Positions 1 through 12,075 of a stretch of DNA of 37,383 bases are shown one piece after another (the stretch's first letter is position 1; each line of letters begins with the position of its first letter). The translations under genes and the position numbers were made by a program. Source of the DNA: Phoronis australis (taxonomy: Eukaryota > Animalia > Phoronida). The notes below the pieces were generated by a model. It was not told the origin of the DNA and did no database searches. It was given only the letters and a program-made list of their open reading frames with translations. Where the stretch lies: contig NMRA01000167.1 in the NCBI GenBank assembly GCA_002633005.1, positions 325,785 through 363,167 of the forward strand, in the 5' to 3' direction.

Positions 1-199
1 ATCACAAACCTTACCTTTGTATGAGGTCGTGCTTACTTCCTCTCATAGAAGCACCCTTTTTACGCAATCTCGGATTTAGTTGGCACGGCTGCAAGCCATT
101 TCACCATGTATTTAAAGGGCTCGCGAAATCGAGGCTGTTAATCTATCACCACTAGTGCACGCACGCCCTCTAGTTATTGTAGATTTTCCGAATAGCCCC
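1..199 (-). mobile_element. Dispersed repeat copy 1: SAP-like exon and probable terminus of an ISL2EU/Harbinger-related DNA transposon
   Basis: 1-173 aligns directly with 33166-33338. The minus strand reads QLNPRLRKKGASMRGSKHDLIQR (SAP-like) and ends at an AG|GTAAG donor. The putative end reads AT-GGGGCTATTCGG on the minus strand (201-188). The repeat is seen directly; the family is inferred. Confidence 0.45.
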
Positions 200-1991
200 A
201 TTAACTTGCAATGTCAAATAATTTGGGGTGTTATACTGTTATAGTAACATAACAACGAAATGAACTACAGATTTAGACATTACGTAAATGAATTATAACA
301 CTAACAGGGATATATTCATTGATTCAAGGGATTGATATCAGATAAAGGAAAAGTTATTACAATATGGAAAATTTAGTCAAGCAAGAGCCACGGGTAGTTG
401 CGCTTAAACAATGACCATTGGGATGTTTGTGTTTGTTGGCTGTCATGTAATTTTGCCGAAAAATCTCTGGTTGTCATGGACAGTAACTCAAGAGTCTCGC
501 TTGATTATTCCATTAGCAACAAATCAACAAGGATTTACTGATGCAGTGAAATTAGGCCTGATTTGACAAAAACTTGCTCAAAACTTAGTAAAACAGACAA
601 CCGGAAATCACAGTGCAAAGTCGCGGTTTGTACCTCTGGGATAGCAAGAGGTAACACAATAACGTATAGATCGCGTGCAGGATTTGGTATCCCATGTATA
701 ACATTCTATGGCAGGGGTAAACCATGGCATATTCAATGTGCCCCAGCGTCACTGGTACTGTATACAAATTGGTGTGTGTTATTTTGTAGGTAAAGACTTC
801 AACATAAATTCAGGGTGCCTGCAGGGTTGTAATCAACTGGCACAGTCCCCCTTTTAAACCACATTTGAAAACACGTTAAAATGCGCCAAAAACAATCGAC
901 GCTTCATGGTAATGTCTTCCTGATACAGGTGATGTTGTAATACTCTATCTGAATGTTTCAGATGGATCCAGCTAAACTAGCAAGCCGGGCTGCACTGCGT
1001 AAACCGTCCAAGCCGGGTTCATGTGATGTTTAATGGAGAAAATATGAATTGTACCGGACGGTCCCGTATAACAGAAGAAGTATCAATGTGAATGAAGTTG
1101 TCATATATTCAGTGTCACGACTGTCTACATTATGAACTACGGGAGATTTCAGGAGGAGCCTCCAAGAACAGAGCTCCTCGTGGACTAACCGTCGATGTAT
1201 TTATTTGTTCTTATATGTCTCGAGAACCTCACCTGCTCAGTCAATGATCGTTTTCCAGCACAGCCCTAAAAGACAAGTGGGTAATCCCATGCTGAGTGTC
1301 CTTAAAATAATTAGTGATTTGTACAATAAAACAATAATTATTCCTTCATACTGCACAATGAGCGAATACCTTTTTACATGTTGTTTTGAGGTTCAGTTGT
1401 CTGACATCTAAAGATGGTTTGATTTGGAGTGGCTAGTAGGTCTTAGTGGTAGCTCTACAGGAATCAGCAGTTTAAAAACAAAAGTGCATTTTGGGGTGAT
1501 TTATGTCTTTCACTAAGAAGATCCCTGTGGTTAAGATGCCATTATTGTTTGCTCGCAAACGACGCAAAATGTTAATTGATTTCACATTGCGCTTTGTTTG
1601 TCCTTCACGTGCCATAAAAGTCAAACACTCAAAACGAAACCTCGGAGGTACATCTATTTGAAGTCGATACCCGGTGGCCTATTTCGATTATAACATTTAT
1701 TTTCAGTTGAGATCTGTCAAGCAATGTAACGGACAAACGCAACACATATCTTACACAGGTTTTCTATCTACACAGTGCACTGTTTCGCGTTGTTATGCTG
1801 TGAATTATGATGGTCATGTGTCACATCTCTGGGGTTTCACCTTTCGCATTCCTAGTAGGCTCTGTTATGAGACAAATATCCTTTATTAGATTACCTTCTC
1901 ATAATGTTCTGTGTCGTTTCCTGTTGTTACATTTACCTTTATTGTTGAACTGTATTAACATTGGGCCATGATTTAGTTGACCAAATGTTAA

Positions 1992-2690
1992 TTTTTTTTT
2001 CAAGTTTCAAATGTTTATTATCCTCTAGTAAACAAATTTCTAGAACATGAGAGATGAAACAATACAAAAAAAAACATTGATTGTCCTCTGACTAATCCAG
2101 AGATATCACTAGATAACTTTTCAGGGTGTAATTTAACGAGGTTAACAAAAGTTCGAAAGTTGATGTCCTTTTGTACACATTTTTATGAAAATACATAATT
2201 TTTGGCCGGTATGACCAGTCGGTTAACATCATAATTTTCCAGCTGAATACTTTCCAAAACTCCAATTAAAATAGTTACTTTGTCTACAGAAAGATATAAA
2301 TGGTTTATTTGCAGTGAACAGGGGTCAAAAGTGAGATACAAGGGATATTCCCAAAACAAATTGAGAAAGGTCTCACCGTGCTCTCCACAGAAAGAACATC
2401 TGTTTTTACATTAATTTTATGCAATAATTTATTGTATGGCAATATCCTGTGAATTGGGCGGTACTGAAACCAACGCGATATCGTGTCTTTTGTACAGTGT
2501 TTTGTAAAAGAATGTTGATTTACTACCCTCCACCGTGTGTCGAAATTGATATCTACATCAGATACCCATCTGTTTTTATATTTACAAGCTGTCTGAAATG
2601 ACTGTATTAAGATGTCGTAAATATTCACAACTTGACATTTGTTAGGTAAAATTTCATATATAAACCTTGGAGAATTTAGTAAGAAAATGT
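1992..2690 (-). mobile_element. 5'-truncated L1/Tx1-clade LINE 3' end (ORF2 C-terminal zf-RVT-like region, poly(A) signal and tail)
   Basis: Minus-strand translation includes TKDTISRWFQYRPIHRILPYNKLLHKI and, after a frameshift, VTILIGV...VNRLVIPAKNYVF, typical of L1/Tx1 ORF2 C-termini. AATAAA lies on the minus strand at 2019-2014, followed by an A9 tail (T-run 1992-2000). Confidence 0.75.
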
Positions 2691-3147
2691 CGTCTTGTCT
2701 GTTTCTTCAATGTTCTTAATTTGTACAGTTCTACGATAGGTTTTGACAGCGTGGTAAAAACGTCGAGCTCAACTATAGTTGCTATTACTTCTGTAACTTT
2801 GAAATGACGTCATTACTTCACATCTGTTTTTGTCTCAAAGGTTTAAAAAAATACTTGAAAATATTACAACAAAGCCAGATCATTGGTGAATGCATGTCGC
2901 GTAGCTTTATAGAGTATTGGTGAAAAATAGCCAACATATTTGTATTAAAAGCGTAGCTAGTATTACATACTGCTTTTTGTTAATTTATGTTCCTGTGCTA
3001 GTTTAGAGCGCCACCGGTATTTGGTGTGTTTTCAAGTTTTCTGACTGTATTACCTGTAGGCATGTATAAAGTTGTCGATTTTTGTATCACTGGATTTGCA
3101 TGCAGCATACATTTGATTGTTGGTCTTTTGTCAGGGTGACATACATT

Positions 3148-3216
3148 GGTTTATTAATTTGAAATTTAAAATGAGGGTGGCCTCTTCAGTGATAGCACTG
3201 CTTTCCAAGAGGGCCA
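3148..3216 (-). mobile_element. Short CR1/L2-group LINE 3'-terminal remnant
   Basis: Minus strand GGCCCTCTTGGAAAGCAGTGCTATCACTGAAGAGGCCACCCTC...AATAAA contains a stem-loop (CTCTT..CAGTG/CACTG.AAGAG) followed by a poly(A) signal, resembling invertebrate CR1/L2 3' ends. Confidence 0.35.
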
Positions 3217-4435
3217 ATGCAGTTCGACTGCAGTAGAAAGGGTATATGAACGTATAATCTGTTTTCAAATGCCCACCGGTCTCAACTAATACATTATGTA
3301 GGTCATGGTTTCCACAACGAATACTCGAACTAAATTGAATGCATAGTCAGGGGCGTGAGAAATCAGCTTGAAGTTCAAAATATGGTCCGTCAAATTCGTG
3401 TTACTTGAAAGCTTAAAAAAACTAACAACTTCGCTTTGTACAAACATTGAGAACTGATAACCATTGAGACAAACACATGCAGGGCCGTCAGAGTTTCTAC
3501 TTTAGTCATAACGCTGTAGCTGATAACTTACATTTATATAAAATACAACAAAATTGATCATTCCTCGTCAAGTTTCGCAGAAACATATTTTTGTGCACGT
3601 GTCTAAACTTTATTTTTCATTTTGCATTCAAAGTTGTTGAAACGAAGCACTTGTCTTTAACTAATTAAAGCAATAACTTGAAATCGTCTGATGTTTTTCG
3701 TGGAAGTGTTTTAAGTGCTGTTGCGTAAAGTCCACTCAATCAGACGAGTCGCTTTCGGTAACTTAAATTCATTACTTCAACGTTAATTGCTGTTAATTTC
3801 ATGAAACAAAACGTTGGTGATAAGATCCGATCAGAATATTATGATTGTCGCGTGAGCCTTTGCCACAAGAAGATAATATTAATTTTGACCAAATTAGAAG
3901 CAAGAAGTGGAAGAAATTATCTCAACAGAATGTTCATTTGGCACCAAAATGTTTTCACACAGGATCTGTCAACGAAAAATTTTACCGCAACTCCAAATTG
4001 TATGATCCAACTTTCCTATTGAGTGAATTCTCGGCAAGGAAGGACTGTGTGTAAACTTAAATTTGTTCGAAATGAGTGGAGAATTGCCGTACTTATGATA
4101 CAACGAATGCGGAGGTTGCGAAAAGGCCTCGATTCCAACCATCAATAGGCTTTTTGTAGTTTTATTTGCTGTCCCACTTTCGATAACATGAAGACCAGTC
4201 TTTGCTGCCGGCTTCCGGCTGCCGACTTGCCGTAACAGGCCCGGTCCTTATTTATTATTTTGTGGTCCTGCCCACACGACTACGTTTTCGTTTTGAAAAC
4301 CAAACTATTTATGTGTCCCTTTTTAAAATGTTCTCCTTCTGCATGAGCACCATCGTGGCTTTTTCAAAAAGCTATGGTTTCGTGTGCTCACGCGAGTATC
4401 ATAGAACAGGTTTTCAACAAATCGTTTACTCGACA

Positions 4436-5562
4436 GAAGCCGTGTCCGGAAAAACAATACGTTTCGTTTTCAGAAGTTTGTCGAACGATGTGGACACTGG
4501 GTACATACTAAGGCAGTTGAAATGATTGTATCAGATTTAACTTACGTTCTCGGCAAATCACATTCGATGTAAATACAGAAGTACGCACTTGTAGTAATTG
4601 CTTCTTAATAAATGATCATCAATTCGAAAAGTACATACCGTTTTTAAAAGTATTGTAATGCTGATATAATCGTAATTGCTGACGCGCAAACGTTGTGGTC
4701 GAGGTCTTACGCATGATCAACCGGTCTCCGACTCACCTACCGACTGTTCTGCCAAAAAATCGTGGCCTATGCTTTTTGTCTCAAAACCGTCAGCTTCTCC
4801 ATTGAACAGTGGAACCCGTTTAGTGGACAGGAAATTCAAACTTGTGCTTGCTGTTTACGGAATGAAGTATGTTAAATGACTACCGAGTATTTTGTTTAGG
4901 AACTTTGCAATTGTCGCTTTGGCTACCGGAAACGTACGTTGGGATGTCCACTGCCAGAGACCATTGGAGACGTTGAACGCTGAAGCAAGACCAACGTGAA
5001 AAGGNGAAGCCGTGTCCGGAAAAACAATACGTTTCGTTTTCAGAAGTTTGTCGAACGATATGGACACTGGGTACATACTAAGGCAGTTGAAACTTTATCT
5101 TACGTTCTCGGCAAATCACATTCGATGTAAATACAGAAGTACGCACTTGTAGTAATTGCTTCTTAATAAATGATCCTCAATTCGAAAAGTACATACCGTT
5201 TTTAAAAGTATTGTAATGCTGATATAATCGTAATTGCTGACGCGCAAACGTTGTGGTCGAGGTCTTACGCATGATCAACCGGTCTCCGACTCACCTACCG
5301 ACTGTTCTGCCAAAAAATCGTGGCCTATGCTTTTTGTCTCAAAACTGTCAGCTGCTCCATTGAACCGTGGAACCCGTTTAGTGGACAGGAAATTCAAACT
5401 TGTGCTTGCTGTTTACGGGATGAAGTATGTTAAATGACTACCGAGTATTTTGTTTAGGAACTTTGCAATTGTCGCTTTGGCTACCGGGAACGTACGTTGG
5501 GATGTCCACTGCCAGAGACCATTGGAGACGTTGAACGCTGAAGCAAGACCAACGTGAAAAGG
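4436..5562. repeat. Apparent ~560-bp tandem duplication (4436-5004 / 5006-5562) split by a single N; probable haplotype/assembly artefact
   Basis: Both units start GAAGCCGTGTCCGG and end CCAACGTGAAAAGG, differ by a few SNPs and one ~12-bp indel, and the N at 5005 is exactly at the junction. Confidence 0.85.
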
Positions 5563-5639
5563 CTAAAGGCATTAGTCACATAACTGTTCTTTTGAGACTG
5601 CTTGAATGGCACTCGTTCATACGAGAGCCATTCAGAATA

Positions 5640-6202
5640 GTATAGTAAGAGGTTTAGGACACGTATTTTTGCGGGTCTTCGGTCAAAGACCATAAGTCCT
5701 AGAGGAAAGGTCAAAGGTCACATAGGATGGATGCAATGGGAAGGGACATCATCCGCCTACCAGACCGAAGTGTCAATGACGTCATACCTCATTACTTAAT
5801 AGATTTAATTGGACTCGTTAGATAGGCACCTCGATCCAAGGTCAAGGACATACGTGTAAGAAGTCGGAAGGAAGACAAGCTCGAATTGGAAATCACGTGA
5901 CTGCTGACGTGTCAGGTAGGTTAGGGCGTGGCACCGTTCATTGCCTGGATGTTCTGACACTAAAAAGACGTTGTCTTTGTTCAACTGATCGAGAGCCGAA
6001 ACAATATAGGGATTACGCTGCTGAATAAGAACAAAGGGTGGATTACCTTATTTCGCATGCGCCACGTGTCGTCATTGAAGTATCCCCTTGGTTCTCTCTC
6101 CTTTCTCAACAACAAAAATTGCACCCTCTCATCTCTGAACAACAGCTGTCGCCTGTATCTAACCCAGGTATCGACGGTACTAAATTAACGACACTAATAA
6201 CA
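5640..6202 (+). promoter_or_regulatory. Transcription-factor-motif-dense block, possibly a solo LTR
   Basis: Perfect DR1 AGGTCAAAGGTCA (5708-5720), TGACGTCA (5777-5784), TCACGTGA (5893-5900), GGGCGTGGC (5924-5932); ends ...TAATAACA. No clean TG start or TSD found. Confidence 0.3.
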
Positions 6203-6461
6203 AAACACCGAAATTCCTCGCCTTGTCGATTTCTGGTACCGTCGTACTCCTTTTCAGCTAAAATGAGATTGACCGTCGTCCGTCTGTCTCGGAATATACA
6301 CGTGTCACATCAATTAACGCGTTTGGCTATATCAGTTTTCTTACGTGTAAAAACTTAATGTTCGCTTGACACAGGGCTGTTGGTGGGGCATTTTCATAGT
6401 CAGCTGTCTAGACTCATATGTACGTCCAATATCAACTTATATAATCCACCTATCTTTCTCA

Positions 6462-6620
6462 AAATTACATTATCACGTCACAACGCTCTTCAGAGCAGCA
6501 AATTAAACTATCACGTCACAACGTACTTCAGAGCAGAAAATGAAATTATCATATCACAACAGTCTTCAGAGAATTAAATTAAATTAAATTTATCATATCA
6601 CAGTGCTATTCTGAGCACCA
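6462..6620. repeat. Minisatellite, ~38-bp unit x4
   Basis: TATCA(C/T)(G/A)TCACA...CTTCAGAG units begin at 6471, 6509, 6547 and 6591 (last unit more degenerate). Confidence 0.8.
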
Positions 6621-6808
6621 CCAAGGGTACGTATCCAAACGTTGTATATACTCTATCTACACAAGGAGAGAAATGATTCCGAAATGAGGACCTGTAGGCC
6701 TATATTTTCGGTAAGTGATTTCATTCTATCTCTAAGAGGGGCATTGGAAATATTTTCATAAGCTTTCTGTTAGGGAAATTCTTTTAATTTCGTTTAACGT
6801 ACTGGGTA

Positions 6809-7011
6809 TTCAGTCGGAATCCAGTCTTTCGTTGTTTTTAACCAGCCGTCTATACTGAATATTCAAGATGCTTTTTAAAAACTCGTTTTTTCTTTTTTAT
6901 TATCATTTCCTTTTTACAGATTTTTAAAATTTAGATTAACGTATTCGGCATCCAGCCTTTCGTTGTTTTTGACCAGCCGCCTATACTGAATATTCAAGAC
7001 GCTTTTTAAAT
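6809..7011. repeat. Direct repeat of ~70 bp, period ~130 bp
   Basis: ATCCAG(T/C)CTTTCGTTGTTTTT(A/G)ACCAGCCG(T/C)CTATACTGAATATTCAAGA(T/C)GCTTTTTAAA occurs twice, near 6820 and near 6949. Confidence 0.8.
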
Positions 7012-7853
7012 GTTCCTTTTTATTATTATTTTCTTAGGGAGATTTTTTTAAGTTCAGACACGTTTGGGCAGGCCCAACACACGAAAGCACTTGCTATGTA
7101 ATACACAAATTTTGACCGATCATGTGCTAACATTTGAGATCACGTGACCCTAATCGATGTAGGCCGAAAGGGTTACTTCTGACACGTTCGGGCACGTTTG
7201 GGCAGACCCGGCAAAAGAAAACTCTCATTTCGCAATACCTAAAGATTGACCAATCACATGCTGTTATTTGCAATGACGTTATATTAACCGGTTTAGACTG
7301 GCTTTTCGTTCATGTACTTAAAGGGTTACGTTTTGTCAATTTCAGCACATCAAACCATCTGAGATCACCAGAAAACAACAAGTGACCCAATGAAGACGAA
7401 ATAAGACACACGACTGGTTAGTGACTTTACACAATGACATGCAATATGACTCACTTGCTATTCAACCGCCAACGGGACGGTAAAAATCACAGAATCAACG
7501 ACGTGTAGAAGAAAATTATAGAGATAGAGTACTCAGCTTATTGCTTCAGTTAGAGCGGTATGAAGGAAAGTGATTTCCATACAGACGTATATGATTGCTA
7601 ATGAGACACGTAAACAATTTATACACGAATGTGACGATTATAGAGCTGATCGTTATCTAATTGAGGCATCTTCGTTTTTAGAAATTAATGATCGAGGATT
7701 ATATTTTCAACGACCTCTTTGAAAGTGACTACGAGAGAGCGGACAACTTTTTACAGAAGTATGTCGGACGTGTTGTTTTATGGTATTCAGATTCGTCTTC
7801 AGATTGACGTTTACTGTATCTATTTAATTAATTATTTATCTATTTTTTCAGCA

Positions 7854-9542
7854 ATGACAGAACACAGCTGCAATATTTGTGGAAAGACGTTCCCTACGCT
7901 CCGGGGCTTACAAAGACATCGACAAAGGGTTCAAGGGGGGAGGCACGCTTGCGAATTTTGTGGCAGTACATTCAGCCAAGGGGACAGTGTCGAGAGACAC
8001 CGATGCGGCCAAAATCAGTGTGACGGCCCCCAACACGGCTACGGACACGGGCGACACGACGATCGATTGTGTTTCTTTCGCTGTGTGGCCGTTCATAGAC
8101 TGCGATGTCGGAGGGGTTTACAGAAGTTGACCAAACAACTTTACGACCAATATCTTCGTCATAAAGGTATACCATAGAAACAATTTCAAGGCGTGTTCCT
8201 GGGCGATGTTCCAGAAATACAAAACGTGTTCCAAATCAGCATCTACGTATACGAGTTGGAAGAATCTGAAGACGGTGTCACTGCTCCCTTCCTTTGTCGA
8301 CCCTATCACCAGCTGGACGACGAGCTTTTTCTCAACTTGTACGATGACCACTTTTCGTACATTCACAACATCAAAAAGTACTAATAGGTCTTACCAATGC
8401 AATCTCTGTGGTTCGTTTTGGAGTACCGCGTCGAAAGTATCTGGACACCAACAAATGTGCGTTAACAATGTGAGACACTTTTTTCCTGGTAAAGCGTACG
8501 CAACGCCACTCACAGGTTTCGAGAAACTGGAAGAAGAGGGATACGTCATTCCCGAAAGTGATCGGTACTACCCCTACAGGGCGGCGTTTGATATAGAGAC
8601 GTTCATGAACGCAATGGTAAACGTCGGAGGTCCTAAACAAACCTGGGAGAGAGAACACGAGATCATTAGCGTTTCTGTGGCCAGCAACGTCGACGGGTTT
8701 GAAGATCCGCAGTGTTTTGTATCTAACGGTGTCCCCAAAGAAGTGGTGAGAAAAGTATTCAACATCTTGCCGTCTTTAGTTACCAAGCATGATGCCTACT
8801 TGGAGCGAAGTTTGCGTGGGTCTTTCAAGAAATTCAAGAGACGGTTCGTGGGTATGTAGCAGGTGGATGGCGTTGAGGAAGACGGGGAAACCGAAGATAA
8901 ACCTCCTCGTCACTTCCTGCTAGACCTGGCGACCGAGTTTGATTGTTACCTCAAATAGATGCCGACGGTTGGTTTCAATTCGGGAAATTACGACCTGAAT
9001 ACCATGAAGTAGCAGTTTTTCCAATACTTTTATTAATGCAAGATTTAAGGTTCGTGATCAAGTGCAACAATAACTTTTAATGCTTAACAACAGATCAACT
9101 TCAATTTCTCGACATTGTCTATTACTTGGCCCCGGGTTGTAGCTATGCAAAATTTTTGAAGGCGTACGGGACGACTGAAGAGAAAGATTTCTTCCCCAAC
9201 GAGTATGTTGATAACTTGGGTAAACTAGAGGAAACGGCTCTACCACCTCAAACGGCTTTTTACAGCAGTTTGAAAGGGGAGGCGATAAGCGACGATGATT
9301 ACGCCCTCTGTCTGAAGGCATGGAAAGACAACACCATGAAGAGTCTGAAAGATTTTTTTGTGTGGTACCATAGCAAAGACACCGAACCCATGCTGGAAGC
9401 CGTCGATACCATGGCGGCATTCTACAAGGAAAAGGGCGTCGACCTCTTCAAGGATGTCATAAGCGTGCCCGGACTGACCATTAAGATTCTCTTCAAAAAT
9501 GTCGGTAACGTATTCTTTACGCTCTTTGAGGAAAAACACTAA
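7854..9542 (+). pseudogene. Decayed Polinton/Maverick/adintovirus-type protein-primed DNA polymerase B (C2H2 fingers + exonuclease domain; polymerase domain missing)
   Basis: Frames join as: C2H2-like HSCNICGKTF..LQRH and HACEFCGSTF..VERH; NLYDDHFSYI; YQCNLC..H; ExoI-like YPYRAAFDIET; HEIISVSVASNVDGFEDPQCF; ExoII-like VGFNSGNYDLN (~8968-9000); FLDIVYYLAPGCSYAKFLKAY..KDFFPNEY..LPP..FYSSLK; ExoIII-like WYHSKDT; DLFKDVISVPGL. Multiple stops and frameshifts. No D.NSLYP-type palm motif is seen downstream. Confidence 0.85.
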
Positions 9543-9804
9543 CGTATATCACTATATCCTTACCAACAATTTATATTGGGTTTGTGTTTGGATACGTGGT
9601 ACAATGCTAAAACAAAACGAATGTCTGAGGGATGGATAAAAATTATATGCTTAAATAATATTGAATATCTATCTTTAATCTACACGAGTCCTGTTACCAT
9701 TCTAAAGCTGAAATTTTTACATGTTTCAAGAAAAAAATTCAGGGGTATAAAAATAGATAGAGAGGTCAATGAGTGTACAATGGTGGTAGGTGTCGTTTAT
9801 GGTG

Positions 9805-11530
9805 GATACGAATCTACTGGTAAAATTTCCGCCAAGAGTTTGGTAGGTCATGTAAATTGTATGATTCCTTAGGTTCTATTAGAAACTGTTCCATGTGCTT
9901 AAAGACTTCCCTGGACGAACTTTTGTTTTTGATATTTCTGTTGGAATTCCCGAGTCTCAAATATTCAGCAATGTGAGTTGGCCAAATCGCAACATCTTGG
10001 ATTTTCAGGTAGCTGCTACCCGTAGCATGATGTTATGTCTAACCCTGTTCTTAGTTGATGCTGTCATCCCTGTCTCTCCAGGTTTACGAAACTCTCCAAA
10101 TGAAGGCTTGGCGTTGGTCTTTATTGGGTCTTCTTGGCTTCGTCCAAGCCCAAATAGCAGCATTTGACTTTGTCGCCATCCCGCCTGTAAGAGAAGGGAT
10201 GTAGGACGATAGTATTTGTTCCTCTCAAGAAATTCACCACTTCCCTCTCTTAAAAGTATGCCAAACCGGGCTTCGGCCATTAAACAGATACTAAGATCGA
10301 CTCTCATCCATTTCTCTGAAAAAATTATGCTATGTTACCTCGGCAACACCTAAAACTTGAAGGAGAAATGAAAAACCCCTTGAAAGATATGCTAAACGTT
10401 CAAGCGTGACCTACGCTTATACAGAATTTTGCGGCAACAGTGGCAAAAAGACCATTAACCAGGGACCACATTATCCAATTTGTGAGCTAAGGTGTGCAAG
10501 TTTTTAGTTGATTCTTGCTTTTTACTTAGAAAATTGACGTCAACGATGTATGAGTAGGTGAAAGAAAGAGGATTGATTGAAATCATTAAAACAGGGTTTA
10601 GCATCTTTTTAACGTAAAGGTATTTTGGATCAATGTCCTTCTCTCATGTTGTCACGTTCGTGGATGTTGAGAAAATGTCTAATGAAAATCTCCATAAAAG
10701 CTCAAGCACATTGGTTCAAATACATTTACATTTCTTCACATATACCCCTGTCTGGAAGTTCAGTCCATCTTTCTCAACGGAAACTGGTGGAATTCGTCTC
10801 CTCAGAACCTAAAATGTCTCCTTTCTTTGCACGGCTCCTATCTGTATCACCAAACGTCTTCCTCTCACGCTTGAACACTTCATTATAAGTTTTTAGAAGT
10901 TCGATACCAGCAAACCTAATTTCAGAACAAATTGTGCTGCTACGAAGCCGCCATCATCTCCCGAGCGATGTCACACACTTTCAAGAAATGGCACGAGCGT
11001 ACTGCTTTGAAAACGACGACATACTTTTCATTGTTACAAAAGGTGAAGAATTACGCAAGAAAATGACGTTTGTTGCATTGTTTTTCACTAAGTGGTTGTA
11101 ACGGGCAAGGTAAGTGTCACTTGACTCCCAGATTTTGCGAGCATCCCACCCGGTCTTTAGCTCTACATGCTGATACAAGTTTCACAGCGAGGTGAAGAGT
11201 AGAACTACTAGGGCTGTGTGCAATTTCGAGGTCTGTCGGCGCTGAACACCCAGTGAAGCTGCATTGACGATAATCTTCGTACAGCTAGCTGGCTGGCTAC
11301 TCTACTCAAGCATTGGAACTTCACTCACTCGTCGTTCTGGATAATACGAGGCTCATTGTCAATACGAAGAGAATGATTGAGATGCATTCCTTTCCCCAAC
11401 TTCTGTCGCTCTGTAGAGAAATTATCAATGATGAATGCCTTTTGCGTGGAGCTTAAAGACTTTATCGCGGCCTTAAACATGTCGGGTACTTGGCACTCAA
11501 ACAAAGCTTCCCTAATAATCGATGGAAAGG
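9805..11530 (-). pseudogene. Unidentified decayed coding-like sequence convergent with the PolB remnant
   Basis: Long stop-poor, protein-like minus-strand stretches (PSIIREALFECQVPDMFKAAIKSL..., LYQHVELKTGWDARKIWESSDTYLARYNHL..., EIRFAGIELLKTYNEVFKRE..., YLKIQDVAIWPTHIAEYLRLG...PNSWRKFYQ*). No family recognised. Confidence 0.3.
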
Positions 11531-11926
11531 TTTGAATTCACATCTGCACGTTGTCTCACGATTACGGCGTCGTGCGGAGAGAAACGCTAAAAGTATTTTT
11601 ATTGGATTTAGAAGACAAGTGATCGGTACGTAATTTTAAGTTATTTTTCGTCCTTGTGTTACGTTTATCATAATATTTTGCAACACCGTTTGGTAAGAAG
11701 TAGTAGTTTGCTATACACCTTTTTTGTTTTAACTTTAGTCAATCTCTCGCTCACTCGTACACTCGCTGACTCGCCAACTTACAAGAAATTACGAAATATA
11801 GGATAACAAGAATGCATTACGTTTATCTATTCTACAACTACATGCTGGGTCTGATTCGCACCTTGTTGCTTTATGAATCAGTTGTGTGATGACGTCATTG
11901 GTCATCCACAGTGGCTTGTCAATCTG

Positions 11927-12075
11927 AGCCTAGTTGCATAAACCTTATACACCGAAAAGTAGCAATGACGTGTCATTATCAAACGCCACGTTGTCATTGT
12001 TGAACAATGCACGTGACGTTACGCAACAATCAAACTTATCCAGCGGATAATTTTGAAGCTTTATGCAACCGGGCT
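11927..12075. mobile_element. Short PIF/Harbinger-type MITE (149 bp)
   Basis: Imperfect TIRs AGCCTAGTTGCATAAA / TTTATGCAACCGGGCT, flanked by CTG and CAG (CWG-type target). Confidence 0.65.

Noticed and set aside
4676-5437. Twin 67-aa ORFs suggesting a duplicated gene
   Set aside because: They lie in the N-split duplicate, start at non-ATG codons and have no recognisable motif.
6462-6620. 38-bp periodic repeat considered as a CRISPR array
   Set aside because: Units are head-to-tail with no unique spacers, there are no cas genes, and the context is eukaryotic.
7719-8177. Host C2H2 zinc-finger transcription factor
   Set aside because: The fingers run through frameshifts into PolB-type sequence and look degenerate; better explained as the PolB N-terminus.
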